Shown here piece after piece: positions 48,560-61,623 of a DNA stretch of 64,000 nt. Each line of letters opens with the position of its first letter. The first letter of the stretch is position 1. The notes under the pieces were generated by a model. The model was not told where the DNA came from, did not search any database, and saw only the letters and a list, made by a program, of their open reading frames with translations. The DNA comes from Heptranchias perlo. Taxonomy: Eukaryota. The stretch lies in NCBI RefSeq assembly GCF_035084215.1, contig NC_090327.1, positions 114,142,001 to 114,206,000 on the forward strand, read 5' to 3'. The position numbers and the translations under genes were made by a program.

Positions 48560-51500
48560 ACATAAGAACATAAGAAACAGAAGCAGGAGTAGGCCATATG
48601 GCCCCTCGAGCCTGCTCCGTCATTCAATAAGATCATGGATGATCTACGACCTCAACTCCACTTTCCCGCCCAATCCTCATATCCCTTGATTCCTTTAGGG
48701 TTCAAAAATCTATCGATCTCAGCCTTGAATATACTCAACGACTGAACATCGACAGCCCTCTGGGGTACAGAATTACAAAGATTCACAACTCTGAGTGAAG
48801 AAATTTTTCTCCTCATCTCAGTCTAGCAAGACTTCCTTACTCTTGTACTCCAACCCCCTTGCAATAAAGGCCAACATACCATTTCCCTTCCTAATTGCTT
48901 GCTGTACCTGCATGTTAACTTTCTGTGTTTCGTGTACAAGGACACCCAAATCTCTCTGAACACTAACATTTAATGGTTTCTCACCATTTAAAAAATATTG
49001 TTTTTCTATTCTTCCTACCAAAGTGAATAACCTCACATTTCCCCACATTCTACTCCATCTGCCACCTTCTTGCCGACTCACTTAACCTGTCTATATCCCT
49101 TTGCATACTCGTTGAGTCCTCCTCAAAGCTTAATTTCCCACCTAGCTTTGTATCCTCAGCAAACTTAGATACAATACACTCTGACCCTTCATCTAAGTCG
49201 TTAATATAGATTGTAATTAACTAAGGACCAAGCAATGATCCTTGCGGTACTCCACTAGTTACAACCTGCCAATCTGAAATTGACCCATTTACTCCTACTC
49301 TCTATTTTCTGTCCGTTAACAAATCCTCTATCCAACTACTGATGTCAGGCTAACTGGCCTGTAGTTTCCTGTTTTCTCTCTCCCTCCTTTCTTGAATAGC
49401 GGAGTTACATTTTCTACCTTCCAATCCACCGGGACCGTTCTGGAATCTAGGGAATTTTGGAAGATCACAGTCAATGCATCCACTATCTCTGCAGCCACCA
49501 CTTTTAGAACCCTAGGATATAGGCCATCAAGTCCAGGAGATTTGTCGGCTTTTAGTCCCATTAATTTTTCCAGTGCTTTTTCTTTACTAATATTAATTAC
49601 TTTAAGTTCCTCACTCCCATTAGACCCTTGGTTCCCCACAATTTCTGGTATGTTTTTTGTGTCTTCTACTGTGAAGACAGATACAAAATATTTGTTTAAC
49701 GTCTCTGCCATTTCCTTATTCCCCATTATAATTTCACCTGTCTCAGCCTCTAAGAGACCCATGTTTACTTTCGCAACTTTCTTCCTTTTCAGACACTTGT
49801 AGAAGCTCTTACAATCTGTTCTTATATTTCTTGCTAGTTTACTCTCATATTCTATTTTCTCCTTCTTCAATTTTTTGGTCATCCTTTGCTGGTATCTAAA
49901 ACTCTCCGAATCCTCAGGCTTACTATTCTTCTTGGCAATATTATAGGACTCTTTTAATCCAATACTATCCTTAACTTCTTTAGTTAGCCATGGATGGATC
50001 ACTTTTCTCCTGGAGTTTTTGTTTCTCAATGGAATGTATATTCGTTGAGAATTATGAAGTATTTCTTTAAATGTTTGCCATTGCCTATCTACTGTCATAA
50101 CTTTTAATCTAATTTCCCAATCTACCTTAGCCAACTCACCCCACATACCTATGTAATTGGCTTTATTGACTCTAGTTTCGGACATAATCATGTCACTCTC
50201 GAACTCAATAAGAAATTCTATCATATTTATGATCACTCTTCCCCAGAGGATCCCTTACTGTGGGATTACTAATTAACCTTGTCTCATTACACAAGACAAG
50301 ATCTAAAATAGCCTGTTCCCTAGTTGGTTCCACAATTATTGTTCTAGGAAATTGTCTCGAATGCATTCAATGAACTCGTCCCAAACTACCTTTGCCAATT
50401 TGATTTGTCCAGTCTATATGAAGATTAAAGTCCCCCACGATTATTGCATTACCTTTGTTACAAGCTCCTCTTATTTCTTGATTAATACTCTGTCCAACAG
50501 TATAGCTACTGTTAGGGGGTCTATAAACTAATCCCACATGTGTTTTCTGCACCTTGTTATTTCTTAATTCCACCCATACTGATTCTACTTCCCGACCTTC
50601 TGAACCAAAATCCTTCCTCACTACTGTCCTTATGCCTTATGTCCTTTATTAGAAGGGCAACACCCCCTCCTTTTCCATTTTGTCCGTCTTATTGAAACAT
50701 CAAGTACCCTGGAATATTTATTTCCCAGCCTTGGTCACATCTCTGTAATGGCTATTAGATCAAACCCATTTATCTCTATTTGTGCCATTAATTCATCTAT
50801 CTTATTACAAATGCTTCATGCATTCAGATATAGCGCCTTTAATTTTAACTTTTTACCATTTTTCCCTGCTTTGATCTTATTCGCTGATGCACTAGTACCG
50901 TTAAACTCTCTGTTCCTTCCTCACACACTCTGCTCATCATTACCCAAATCGCTACACTACTTTATTGACTATTCCCTTCAGATTTCTAAATTTCCCCTCA
51001 CCTGAACCCTCCCTCCTGCTTTTTAGTTTAAAGCCCTATCTACAGCCCTAGTTATTCAATTCGCCAGGACACTGGTCCCAGCCCGGTTTAAGTGATGCCC
51101 GTCCCAACAGAACAGCTCCTTCTTTCCCCAATACTGGTGCCAGTGCCCCATGAATTGAATCCCTGTCTCCCACACCACTCTTTGAGCCACGCATTTAACT
51201 CTCTGATCTGTTTGTCCCTATGCCAATTTGCGCGTGGCTTAGGTAGTAATCCAGAGATTATTACCATTGAGGTTCTGCTTATTAATTTAGACCCTAGCTC
51301 CTCAAACTGTCTCAGCAGAACCCCATTTAGTTCTACCTATGTCGTTGTTTCCTACATGGACCATGACAACTGGATCCTCCCCCTCATGCTCCAAGTTCTT
51401 TTCCAGCCGCAAGGAAATATCCTTAACCCTGGCACCGGGCAGGCAACACAGCCTTCAGGACTCCCGGTCACGGCTGCAGAGAACAGTATCTATCCCCCTG

Positions 51501-52000
51501 ACTATATTATCCCCTAACACCACATTCCTTTTCGCTCCCCCCACTTGAATGGTCCTCTGTACCACAGTGCTGTGGTCAGTTTGCCCAACCTCCCTGCAGT
51601 CCTTGTTCTCATCCATACAAGTACCTCGTACCTGTTGGACAAGGTCAAAGGCTGAGGCTCCTCCACCACTGCATTTTGGGTCCCCATAATGCAGTCACAT
51701 CCTCCTGTCCCTGACCACAGACCAAATCTAAACCACTACCTAACCTAAGGGGTGTGACCGCCTCCTGGATCAAAGTGTCTAGATAACTCTCCCCCTCCCT
51801 GATGCATTGCAACGTCTGCAGCTCGGACTCCAGCTCAACAACTCTGAACCGAAGTTCCTCGAGTTGCAGACACTTACTGTAGATGTGGTTGTCTGGGATC
51901 ACGCTGGTCTCCACAAACTCCCACATGCTGCAGTTACGACACACCACCTGCCCTGCCATCCCAATCTAACCTTGTTTTATTTATTTAGTTAGTTAAAGTT
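48560..52000 (-). mobile_element. Near full-length CR1 LINE with internal deletions: ORF1 (Zn-finger/leucine zipper + esterase-like) and ORF2 (APE endonuclease + partial RT)
   Basis: ORF1 MAGQVVCRNCSMWE...KCLQLEELRFRVVELESEL (51959); esterase-like VIISGLLP and HLNRAG near 51260-51080; APE VESVWVEL..GLVYRPPNS..IVGDFN; 302-aa ORF ..KSPGLDGLYPRVLK..NYRPVSLTS; tail CATAAGAACATAAG at 48560. Confidence 0.93.
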
Positions 52001-52399
52001 TTGCATCTCAAATGTTTTAAACCAATTTTCGTTTAAAAATTATTAAAAGTACTACTGGCTCTTCCATCGCTCCGCCCACAATGAATGAATCTTAATAAGC
52101 AAAAACTTTCTTCCGAGGGGATATGGCGTTTTCAATGTAGATCAATTAACCCCTGACAACAAATATCACTCCTGTACCCTACAGAGCTAGGGATACCCTC
52201 TCAGAACAGATTTCTGTACCTCTCTCCCTCCACCACTCTCTCTCCCCTTAGCAAGGTGTCCTTCTGTCCCCCCTACATCAGCAGTGTCTTCACCCTCAAT
52301 AAGTTCTCTCCACCTCCCACCATAGAGCATTTCTCACTCTCTTGTCAATCCCATTCTACGGTGCCTCTTTCATCCTCGATAGGGTCGCTATCCATCCCA

Positions 52400-52894
52400 T
52401 CTCAATGTCAGCAGTTAAAATGGGCCAATTCCATTTCCCACTCCGTTCCCACTAATTCCCCATTTTAACACCACTAGTTTTGGTGGTAAGTGAGATGGGA
52501 ATCCCATTATTAAATGCAAATCGGGGTTCCATAATATAAGTGGGTGCCCAATGGAATTTTTAACCCCGGCTGCCCCACCAGGTAAAGTTGTCAGGAAGCA
52601 AGGCCCTCTAAGGTAAGTTCAAAAAAACTTTCCTTGATGGGGCCAAGGGAAGCAGAAAGCACCTCTGAGCCCCACAAGGAAAGACCGGGCCTCTGCTGCC
52701 CCGGGCTCCTCCCTCTCCCCAACTGCAAGACCCTCACAGCGCAACCCTTCCCTGGACTTATCTTGCTATCTGTCAGAAACAGGCAAGCAGCTGACCATCA
52801 GCTTTCAAATGAGGCCCAGCAGTTACTATCTGCCGGACCCCTGTCGAAAGCTCCAGCACAGGACTGACATTCTGCCGAGAGTTAAAATCGGCCC
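52400..52894. mobile_element. Putative non-autonomous Harbinger-type element remnant
   Basis: Right end TTAAAATCGGCCC (inward GGGCCGATTTTAAC) resembles the other Harbinger termini; left boundary not identified. Confidence 0.45.
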
Positions 52895-54099
52895 TGTAGT
52901 CTTGGACGTCAATCAGAAAGCTGGTAAACAGAATCCAGCAGACAGCTTTACCAGGAGAGCCGCTATGCTGCTGTGGAAAGTTAAAGGGTGGGGACAAAAC
53001 TACTGAAGTTAAATTTATGGGTGAATTTGTGTTTCCTAATAAATATTTCATGCGTTCATTGTGTGATTAATTATATTTTTATGGCTGGATAAGGAATTGT
53101 TATGGCAACCCTATCTTCTAGAATATTTTTTGGTGGAATGTGATGAGAGAAAATTGAAATTGGGCAGAAGGTTTCTGCATATTATGGATGATGACTAAGA
53201 AAATAGAGAGAATCCAAACAGAAAGAAGAAAAATACAAACTTAAATACTAAACTAATGGGGGAAAAGAAAATTGACCAATGGGTGAATGTAGATGAGTGG
53301 ATCAACGGCACAATAATCACAATGTCGGTGACAGACTCAGATCAGAACAAAATGTAAATGATATAATGCGTCAGGGTCTCTTTGTAGTCAAATTATCTCC
53401 CAGATGGCACACCTGCTGAAGGAAGATTGGAACTGACTCAACTCTCTGTGACTGACTTGCCAACGCATTACTTGAGCAAGCAGGCTTCCTGTACTCCAGG
53501 GCATTGGTGCAGACTGACCAACCAACCTGGGAAATGGAGGAGTAGACTTATTACTGGAGGCTGCAATTCTTCCCACTTGGCTCCAGATAACTGCAAGCCA
53601 ATGCTCTACCATTTGATAGATAGGCAAGCTGTGGAAAACTAACCAGGGCTCTGTGCAAAGTATTAATTGGTTAAACTCCAGCAGTACTCCTGTGCACCAT
53701 CGAGAGGATCCCAAACATTTGGTTGGTAATGACCTAAATCTAAGCTCTCTGGACTTAGGTAAGTAGGAGGTGCAGCTATGGGGAGAAAGCATGCATTCTC
53801 AGGCAAACAGCAAATACCTGTGTGGATTTCTCAATAGCTGGGTCAGGGGATTAAGCATTGTGTTGCTTTCCATGCATGCCAGATAGCAAGTTGACCAAAT
53901 AAAATGGAGAGCCAGGCCTTTCATTTATGGAGAAATATTTAAACGTAGGAAACCATACATTTTTGTGCAAAAGAAACAAAGGGACTTTTTTTTTTAATTG
54001 GAAAAACAAATTGAGGGGGGGAAAAATAGAGGAATCAGAGATGGAAAAAGAAGAGCCAGAGAAGGGAGCATAACTGTAGAAAAAAAAATTATGAAAAGA

Positions 54100-56290
54100 T
54101 GGAATCAATAATACAGCACAGACGGAGGCCATTCTGCCCATCATGCTTGTGCCAGCTCTTTGAAAGGGCTATCCAATTAGTTCTACTCCCCTGCTCTTTC
54201 CTCATAGCCCTACAATTTTCTCCCCTCCAAGTATTTATCCAATTCCCTTCTGAAATTTACTGTTGAATCTGTTTCCACCACCCTTTCGGCAGTGCACTGC
54301 AAATCACAAAAACTCACTGCGTAAAAAAAATTCTCCTTATCTCCCCTCTGGTTCTTTTGCCAATTACCTTAAATCTTTCTCCTCTGGTTACTGACCCTCC
54401 TGCCAGTGAAACAGTTTCTCCTTATTAACTTGATCAAAACAGTCATAATTTTGAACGCCTCTCTTAAATCTCCCCTTAATCTTCTTTGCTCTAAGGCGAA
54501 CAATCCCAATTTCTCCAGTTCCTCCACGTAACTGAAGTCCCTCATCCCTGGTACCATTCTAGTCAATCTCCTCTACGCCCTCTCCAGGGCTTCGACATTC
54601 TTTCTAAAGTGTGATGCCCAGAATTGAACTCAATACTTCAGCTGAGGCCTAACCAGTGATTTCTAAAGGTTTAGCATACTCTCCTTGCTTTAGTAATCCA
54701 CAGCCTAAATTTTAACCCGGAGCCGGAAAGAGGGCAGGGGGAAATTCCTGACGAGAAACCTGGAAGTTCGGGTTTTTCGGACGTCCTTACGATTTTGATG
54801 TAAGGACGTCTTTTATTTTGTTTTTGTTGATTTCCGCCCAACAGGCCAGTCTAGTTGACAAGCTGGTAGTCAGTTGGATGGGAGAAGAGCCAAAAAGTGG
54901 ATGCGAGCAAGTAAGTCTTAGATTTGGGGGAGGGGGTGGGGGGGTGGGTGGGTGTCGGTCATGCGGGGGAGACTCGGGGTCGGTCATCGAAAGTCGGGAG
55001 TCATCAGGGGTCGGTCACCGAGGGGATCAGGGATCATCGGGGGTCGGGGGTCATGAGTCATCGGTGGGTCAGGAGTCATCGGGGGGTCAGTCATCGGGCG
55101 GGGGGATGGCAGTAATTGTGAGAGCGGAGATCGTGGTGGGTGTGGGGGGGGGGGGAGCGGGTGGTCGCTGCAGGTAGGCTTGTTGGGCATGGGTCTCTCT
55201 GGTCCTCTGTTCCTGTACCCCCTTTACAATTGTACCATTTAGTTTATATTGCCTTTCCTCATTCTTCCTTCCAAAATGCATCACTTTACACTTCTCTGTG
55301 TTAAATGTCATCTGCCATGCGTCTGCCCATTTCACCAGTCTGTCTTTGTCCTCCTGATGTCTGCAACTATCCTCCTCACTGTTTAATGCATTTCCAAGTT
55401 TCATGTCATCTGCAAACTTTGAAACAATGTCCTGTATATCCAAGTCCAGGTCATTAATATATATCAAAAAGAGCAGTGGTCCTAATACTGGCCTTTGGTG
55501 AACACCACTGTATACGTTCCTCCAGTCTGAAAAACAACCACTCACCACGACTCTGCTTTCTATCCGTTAGCCAATTTTGTATCCATGCTGCTGCTGCTCC
55601 TTTAATTCCATGGATCAATTTTGCTAACAAGTCTATCATGTTGTACTTTACCAAACACCTTTTGAAAGTCCATATGCACAACATTAACTGTACTACCCTC
55701 ATCAACCCTCTCCGTTACTTCATCAAAGTACGTAATCGGGTTTGTCATGCACGATTTGCCTTTAACAAATCTGTCATTTAATAACACATGTTTTTCCAAG
55801 TGACAATTAATTTTGTCCCGGATTATTATCTCTAAAAGTTTCCCCACTATGACGTTAGGCTGACTGACCTGTGGTTGCCGGGTTTATTCCTCTCCCCTTT
55901 TTTAAACAGGGGTGTAACATTTGCAATCCTCCAGTCCTCGGCACCATTCCCATGTCCAAGGAAGATTGAAAGATTGTGGCTAGAGGCTCTGCTATTCCCT
56001 TACTTACGTTAGCAACCTAGGATGCATCCCAGACAGACCGGGTGACTTTTCAACTTTGAGCGCTGCCAACCTTTTAAGTACCTCCTCTTTATCTATTTTG
56101 ATCCTTTCCAATTTGTCTACTACCTCCTCCTTTACTGTGACAATGGCAGCATCCTCTTCTCTTGTGAATACAGATGCAAAGTATTCATTTAGTACCTCAG
56201 CCACGCTCTCTGCCTCCACAAGAAGATCTCATTTTTGGTCACTAATCAGCCCCATCCTTCCTTTGACCATTCTTTTACTCATTATATGTT
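54100..56290 (-). mobile_element. CR1 LINE ORF2, 5'-truncated, with a GC-rich insertion replacing part of it
   Basis: ORFs AEVLNEYFASVFTREE, DFQKVFGKV, LGPLLFLIYINDL..KFADDMKLG, TRMVPGMRDFSYVEE; same subfamily as 30475-32290. Confidence 0.93.
54702..55195 (+). mobile_element. GC-rich truncated insertion with a Harbinger-like left end and a (GTCATCGGGG)-like minisatellite
   Basis: Begins AGCCTAAATTTTAACCC; perfect 11-bp hairpin at 54780-54810; degenerate GTCATCGG(G)n repeats at 54950-55105; interrupts the CR1. Confidence 0.65.
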
Positions 56291-57823
56291 AAATGGGAAA
56301 TTAAGACAAAGTTGGAACTAGAGGGAATATATGTAATGAGTGGAACTTAAGACTTCATTGCTTAACACAATGGCTCTTTGAGTTGAATAGTTTAGCTCTC
56401 TTTTTTTAAGAATAAATTTGGTGCTCACTTTGACACCAACAAACTTCCTCAACAAACTTCAGGAAAAATGTCCTGAAATTCTGACAAATTAAGTACTGTA
56501 TTGTATAGTCTATAATTCGGAGATATTTCAGGGATATGGTTAACAAGCTTGTACTTACAAGACGCCAAGCACACACGATAGCAGAAACGGCCTCCACTGG
56601 AGCACCTATAACACCTTCTCAGGAAACCAATAGAAAGCACCTCTGTTTCAAGTTTGCATAATTATTGCAATATTACTAGATGTCAACTGTCCCACAGGTT
56701 TGACAACAGATATTCCTAATCATTAGGAATCCTGTTTACTAAAATTCTTCAACCAAAAAAAAGTATCCAATTTGCTTTCTTTAGCCAACCTTATCTAGGC
56801 ACATACATTTATTCAGAGACAGAGGATTTTGATTTGCTATCTGCTATATTGGCAGGTAACCTAAAAGAAAAATTAATCGAGTACCCTGAATATAATGCTA
56901 AATCATCCATTGCTTGCAGGGCCATTAGGCTTTCTAGTGTTTTGCAGGCTTTTCAACCATGCCCACTCCTGCTATTTTTCATGGATGTAAAAGAAAACCT
57001 ACTGCTGACCTGCTGCCCAGCTCATTTTTCATGAAATGTCTATTCCTGGCTGAAACCCATTTTAAACCTTCAGACAGAAAATAGTACAGAATCTTAGGCA
57101 TAAATACTACTAAGCATACAAAGGTATGGACATTTTAAATTGTAATGTATTTTAACCCTCAGTGTGTTGATCAGATTATTTTCCATTTTAACTATATGAC
57201 GCTCTTCACTGAGCGTAAAGGATTAAAAGATCAAGCAATGAGGATTATATTTAACTGGCAAACACATCTTTGCATATAGTTGCATCTACAGGTTGTATTA
57301 ACACTGTATAATTACAGTTGGGGTAAAGGTCTTCTCTAACTAATGGGTTCTAAGTGTCCGAAATGAAACAACACTGGGCTGCTTCCATGCTGTTCTTAGT
57401 AAATCGTAACTTACCATTCTTCAGCACCAAATTGCATTCAAAGTACTGGCCAAAAGGACCAGAGAACGTTAAATAAAAATGTCACACCGGTATATTACAG
57501 AGTACTCTTGTAAGACGTCGTCAAAGGGATGCTGTCTTCATAAAAAAGTGTTTGGCAAACTGTTTTGTCCAATTTGCTCCCAATCATTTTTCAGAACGGT
57601 GTGAATGGCAACAAAATGCATCACTACACCATTTCCATGTGATGTGATTACGATGAAAATGACCTATGGCTTTCTCCCTCACTCCATTTAAAAAGGTTTG
57701 CTAAACAATGTTAATTGAAGATAGTACATGTTTTAGAGAGCAAAGTGGTGGGAACATTATTATTTTTAACTCTTGATCTACCTGACCTTTGAGTACCTGG
57801 CATTATTGCAAAAGAAAGCATTT

Positions 57824-58294
57824 GTCAGCTGTGGCTCAGTGGGTAGCACTCTCGTCTCTAAGTCAGAAGGTTGCGGGTTCAAGTTCCACTCCAGGGACTT
57901 GAGCACAAAATGCAGGCTGATACTCCAGTGCCGTACTGAGGGAGTGCTGCACTGTCGGAGGTGCTGTCTTTCAGATGAGACGTTAAAACCGAGGCCCTGT
58001 CTGCCCTTTCAGGTGGACGGTAAAAATCCCATGGCACTATTTCGAAGGAGAGCTGGGGAATTCTCCCCGGTGTCCTGGCCAACATTTATACCTCAACCAA
58101 CATAACTAAAACAGATTATCCGGTCATTATCACATTGCTGTTTGTGGGAGCTTGCTATGCGCAAATTGGCTGTCACGTTTTCTACATTATAACAGTGACT
58201 ACACTGTACAAAAGTTCTTCATTGGCTGTAAAGTGCTTTGGGACATCCTGAGGTCGTGAAAGGCGCTACATAAATGCAAGTCTTTCTTTCTTTT
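57824..58294 (+). mobile_element. Full-length Deu-domain tRNA-SINE (SacSINE1-like)
   Basis: A box TGGCTCAGTGG (57832-57842), B box GGTTCAAGTTCC (57876-57887), Deu core GTCTTTCAGATGAGACGTTAAAACCGAGG...CCCATGGCAC...CCCCGGTGTCCTGGCCAA, L2-like tail and (TCTT)n. Confidence 0.92.
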
Positions 58295-59789
58295 AATATC
58301 CAAGCACTATTATCAGTTTTTAAATGATGAGAAAAATATTTCCATACAGGTTGATATGTGTGTACAAACTATCTTATTGTAACTGCTAAATGAAACATAT
58401 TTATGTGATCGATATTGTAATATTAACCCTAAATAGCTTTATAATATTCTTACCAATAACACACACTATTTTTAATAACTTACAACCACAAAGATCCACA
58501 CACAATGATGCACAAAACACTCAGATTTTTCTGTTTATTAAATTTGTAATTTTTGCAAAAATTATTGCCCTTCTATTACTTCATTTAGTAATTCTTGAAA
58601 AAATAGAAAAACAGAAAAAAAATTAAGCCTGCCTGGTATTCACTGTTTGAATGACACTGAGTATCAAGAGAACCAGCTGAAGACAGACCCACCACATATG
58701 TCACATCCAAGCAGGTCTTTTGTGACTAGAAGACTAAACATGGCTATTATGTGGCACCAAAAAGTTGGAATTTCTACTCTCAAGTGGGGTATTTGTTCAT
58801 TGTGCTTATAGATTACTCACCAAAGCATTTTCATTCTTTAATCCATTACATTCAGGTGTTCAACTCAATTCTACCATATAATATTTAGAAGATATATGAA
58901 AATTCAAGTTTTGAGAGAATAAAGCCAGCCAATTTACCAAAAACACATTTTTCACGAAAGGATTAGAAAGGCCTTGATCTGGGACCCTGAACTAAATGAA
59001 ACAGAACAGCCAGTTTACCAAGTACAAATATTCCATCACTCGCTGTATTTAACAATTAAGATAGATTGTGCTAAAATTCCTGATTATGTCTCAATCCTAA
59101 ATTAAATGAAGAGCTGTTTCAATTCTTTTCAAGAATCCCAAACTGGATGCAATTTTGTTTTGGAAATGAAATAATTACTAACAAGGCCTTTTTTAAAAAA
59201 CTTTTTGGCACCAATGAAAAACTGAAGCTCATCAGATCAATTATCTAGAAAAACATGGGAAGTACAAGAATTGTTAACAACCTAATTATTCACTATAGCA
59301 GAGGAGTCAACCATCCTTACACAGAGATCAACAATATCATTATAACTCTCTAAGACCTCCCCCAGTCAATATCAAAAAACACAGTCCTCCAGCCAACAGG
59401 AATAGCAGAAATAATTCACTGTAGCAGATTTTCATAACACTGTACTGCCAAGTAAAGTCTTTCTTGTGCCATTTTCCGAATTATTTCTGAAACAAGGCTT
59501 GACCATGGTGCAAGAGGAAAAAAGTATATATAATGTTGACTTTAAAAATACTTATTCATTGCTAATCTCTAAGCAATCAAATTGCCTCTTGAACATTTGT
59601 TTTAATTACTAAATCAGTAATACAGAATGAAACTTCAGTGCACAACAAGAGTGTGCTGGGAAAGCAGAAAATGAAAGAGTCATAACTTATTTACCTATTA
59701 ATGGAGTAAATAAATTAGAAAACAAATCTAATCTATAATTAAGTGCAAAATAATTCTTTGGAAAACTTTACAGCTGCCTACAAATCACA

Positions 59790-60410
59790 GAGAACAACAG
59801 ATAACTCTGCTTGTAAATTATACAGAACAGATAATTCTGCCTGTAAGTTATAAATAACAGCTAACTCCTCCTTCAAATTACAGACAACTGGTAATCCTGT
59901 CTTAAAGTTATGGAAAACAGATACCATTACCTCTAAATTAGAAAATAATCATCCCACTAGTTATTATAGAGAACAGATAACAGTACCTGTAAATTTTTGA
60001 TAACAGATAACTCCTGTAAATTATAAACAGTTAACCCTGTCTGTAAATTATAGAGCAGATAATGTCATCTGTAAATTATAGATAACAGATAGCTCTTTCA
60101 GTAACTTATTGAGAATGATAGATATATCTGCTTGTAAATTATACAAAACAGATAACATCTTTTGTAAATTATGACGATATCCCAGCCTGCAAATTGTAAA
60201 CAACAGATAATTCTTCCTGTAATTTCAGATAATAGATAACTCTACTCGTAAAAAATAGGTAGGGTTATCTATTATCAGGTAATCCCATTTACAATTTATA
60301 GATAATAAATAACCCTATCTGTAAATTATAGATAACAGATAATCCCATTTATAAATTATAGATGATAACAGATAACCGTGCCTGTAAATGATAGATAACA
60401 GATAACCCCA
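59790..60410. repeat. Degenerate ~30-bp AT-rich minisatellite (ACAGATAA..CTG.CTGTAAATTATA), about 20 units
   Basis: Repeated AACAGATAA and GTAAATTAT motifs at about 30-bp spacing. Confidence 0.85.
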
Positions 60411-60875
60411 TAGAGAATCGATAAGAGAATAATGAATAACCTCAAGTGAGCACAGGCAGTAATCCAACTGAAAGATTACGGTAATATCATAAACCATGAA
60501 AGTGAAGTTCGAGAGGTTGATAACTGTCAAAAGAACCACCAAGATCAGATTACAGCCCTGAAATCACTTCTTTCTTTTTGAAGTCATGAAATGATTAGTT
60601 ATTTATTTGAGCATTCTATGGGCAGTAAATAAGTATTTAACAATTCTACCCTGATCAACCTTTAGCAAAAGAATAACTAAGCAAGTTATTTCACTGAGTT
60701 TGAGACTGATCTGCAGCCACGTAGTTCCTATTTACACAGAGATAAGAATAATAAGTTACTGTGGCACAGCAGAGAAACTGATTGGCACAGAGCTGAGGCT
60801 GGATGCACTTCTCAGGAAGAAAATGGAAATTAGTGGGCTGACCAACTCAAACCACTGCTGCACATCTCATCTAAT

Positions 60876-61623
60876 AGGCCAGATTTTGCTGTGAAAATAA
60901 CAACGAGGCTAACAGCACTCACCGTTATTTATGCGCAAATCGGACAGCAATTTCCGGCGAGCGCACACGCGCCGTTAAACCCGAAAATCTGTAAGTTGCT
61001 GTCCGAGATGCGCTGCACCTCCATAAGTTGTGCGAAAACGGCTTCTTGCCATCTGGCTCAAATGTATTGAATGGCGTGAAGTTCCTGTACGGACATCGTA
61101 GGTATGGACTAAACTCGCCACAAAAAGTTAGTGCTTGTCCATTCCAGTCTAAGTACCCTTTTAACGGCGTGGTAAATCTGAATTACTGTCAAACAACCTC
61201 TCTGGCACTGAAAATCAACTTTTACAAGTGTGGAGTCTCATTTCTTCAGCTTTTAATTATTGTTGGAGATTTTAAAAAAAAATTTAAATACATTTTTTAA
61301 CGATTTCTTTCTGTCTCTTTTATCTTTCTCTCTTAATCCAATCTTTCTTTCCCTCTCTTCATTTCACTTTCTGTACCTGATTTGACATTGAATTCACTAT
61401 TCAAACTTACACTTCCTGGTTCAGACTCTTGTGCTGCTCATTAACGTTTCTTCAATCTGATTTGTTATGAAGATACACAGTTGCGTCCCAGATGCCCCGT
61501 GGAAGGTGCCACGCTGTTTGGATCTCAAACTTACAGAAACTTGCCGTGCAAAGTCGATGGACAAGTGCAAGCCTAACAAACGGTTAGCATCGTTAGTACA
61601 CAGCTCACAGCAAAATCCAGCCC
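60876..61623 (+). mobile_element. Non-autonomous Harbinger-type element (748 bp), AAT TSD
   Basis: TIRs AGGCCAGATTTTGCTGTGA and TCACAGCAAAATCCAGCCC; AAT at 60873-60875 and 61624-61626; no coding capacity; paralogue at 27608-28341. Confidence 0.9.

Noticed and set aside
53388-53792. 134-aa ORF in unique DNA
   Set aside because: No recognisable domain, no convincing splice signals, composition like random translation
54818-55177. Gly/Ser-rich 119-aa protein
   Set aside because: Translation of a G-rich minisatellite inside a TE insertion
57824-57895. tRNA gene
   Set aside because: The A/B boxes continue directly into the Deu core and L2-like tail; it is a SINE head
59790-60410. CRISPR-like array
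   Set aside because: Units are contiguous and degenerate with no unique spacers; vertebrate context and no cas genes
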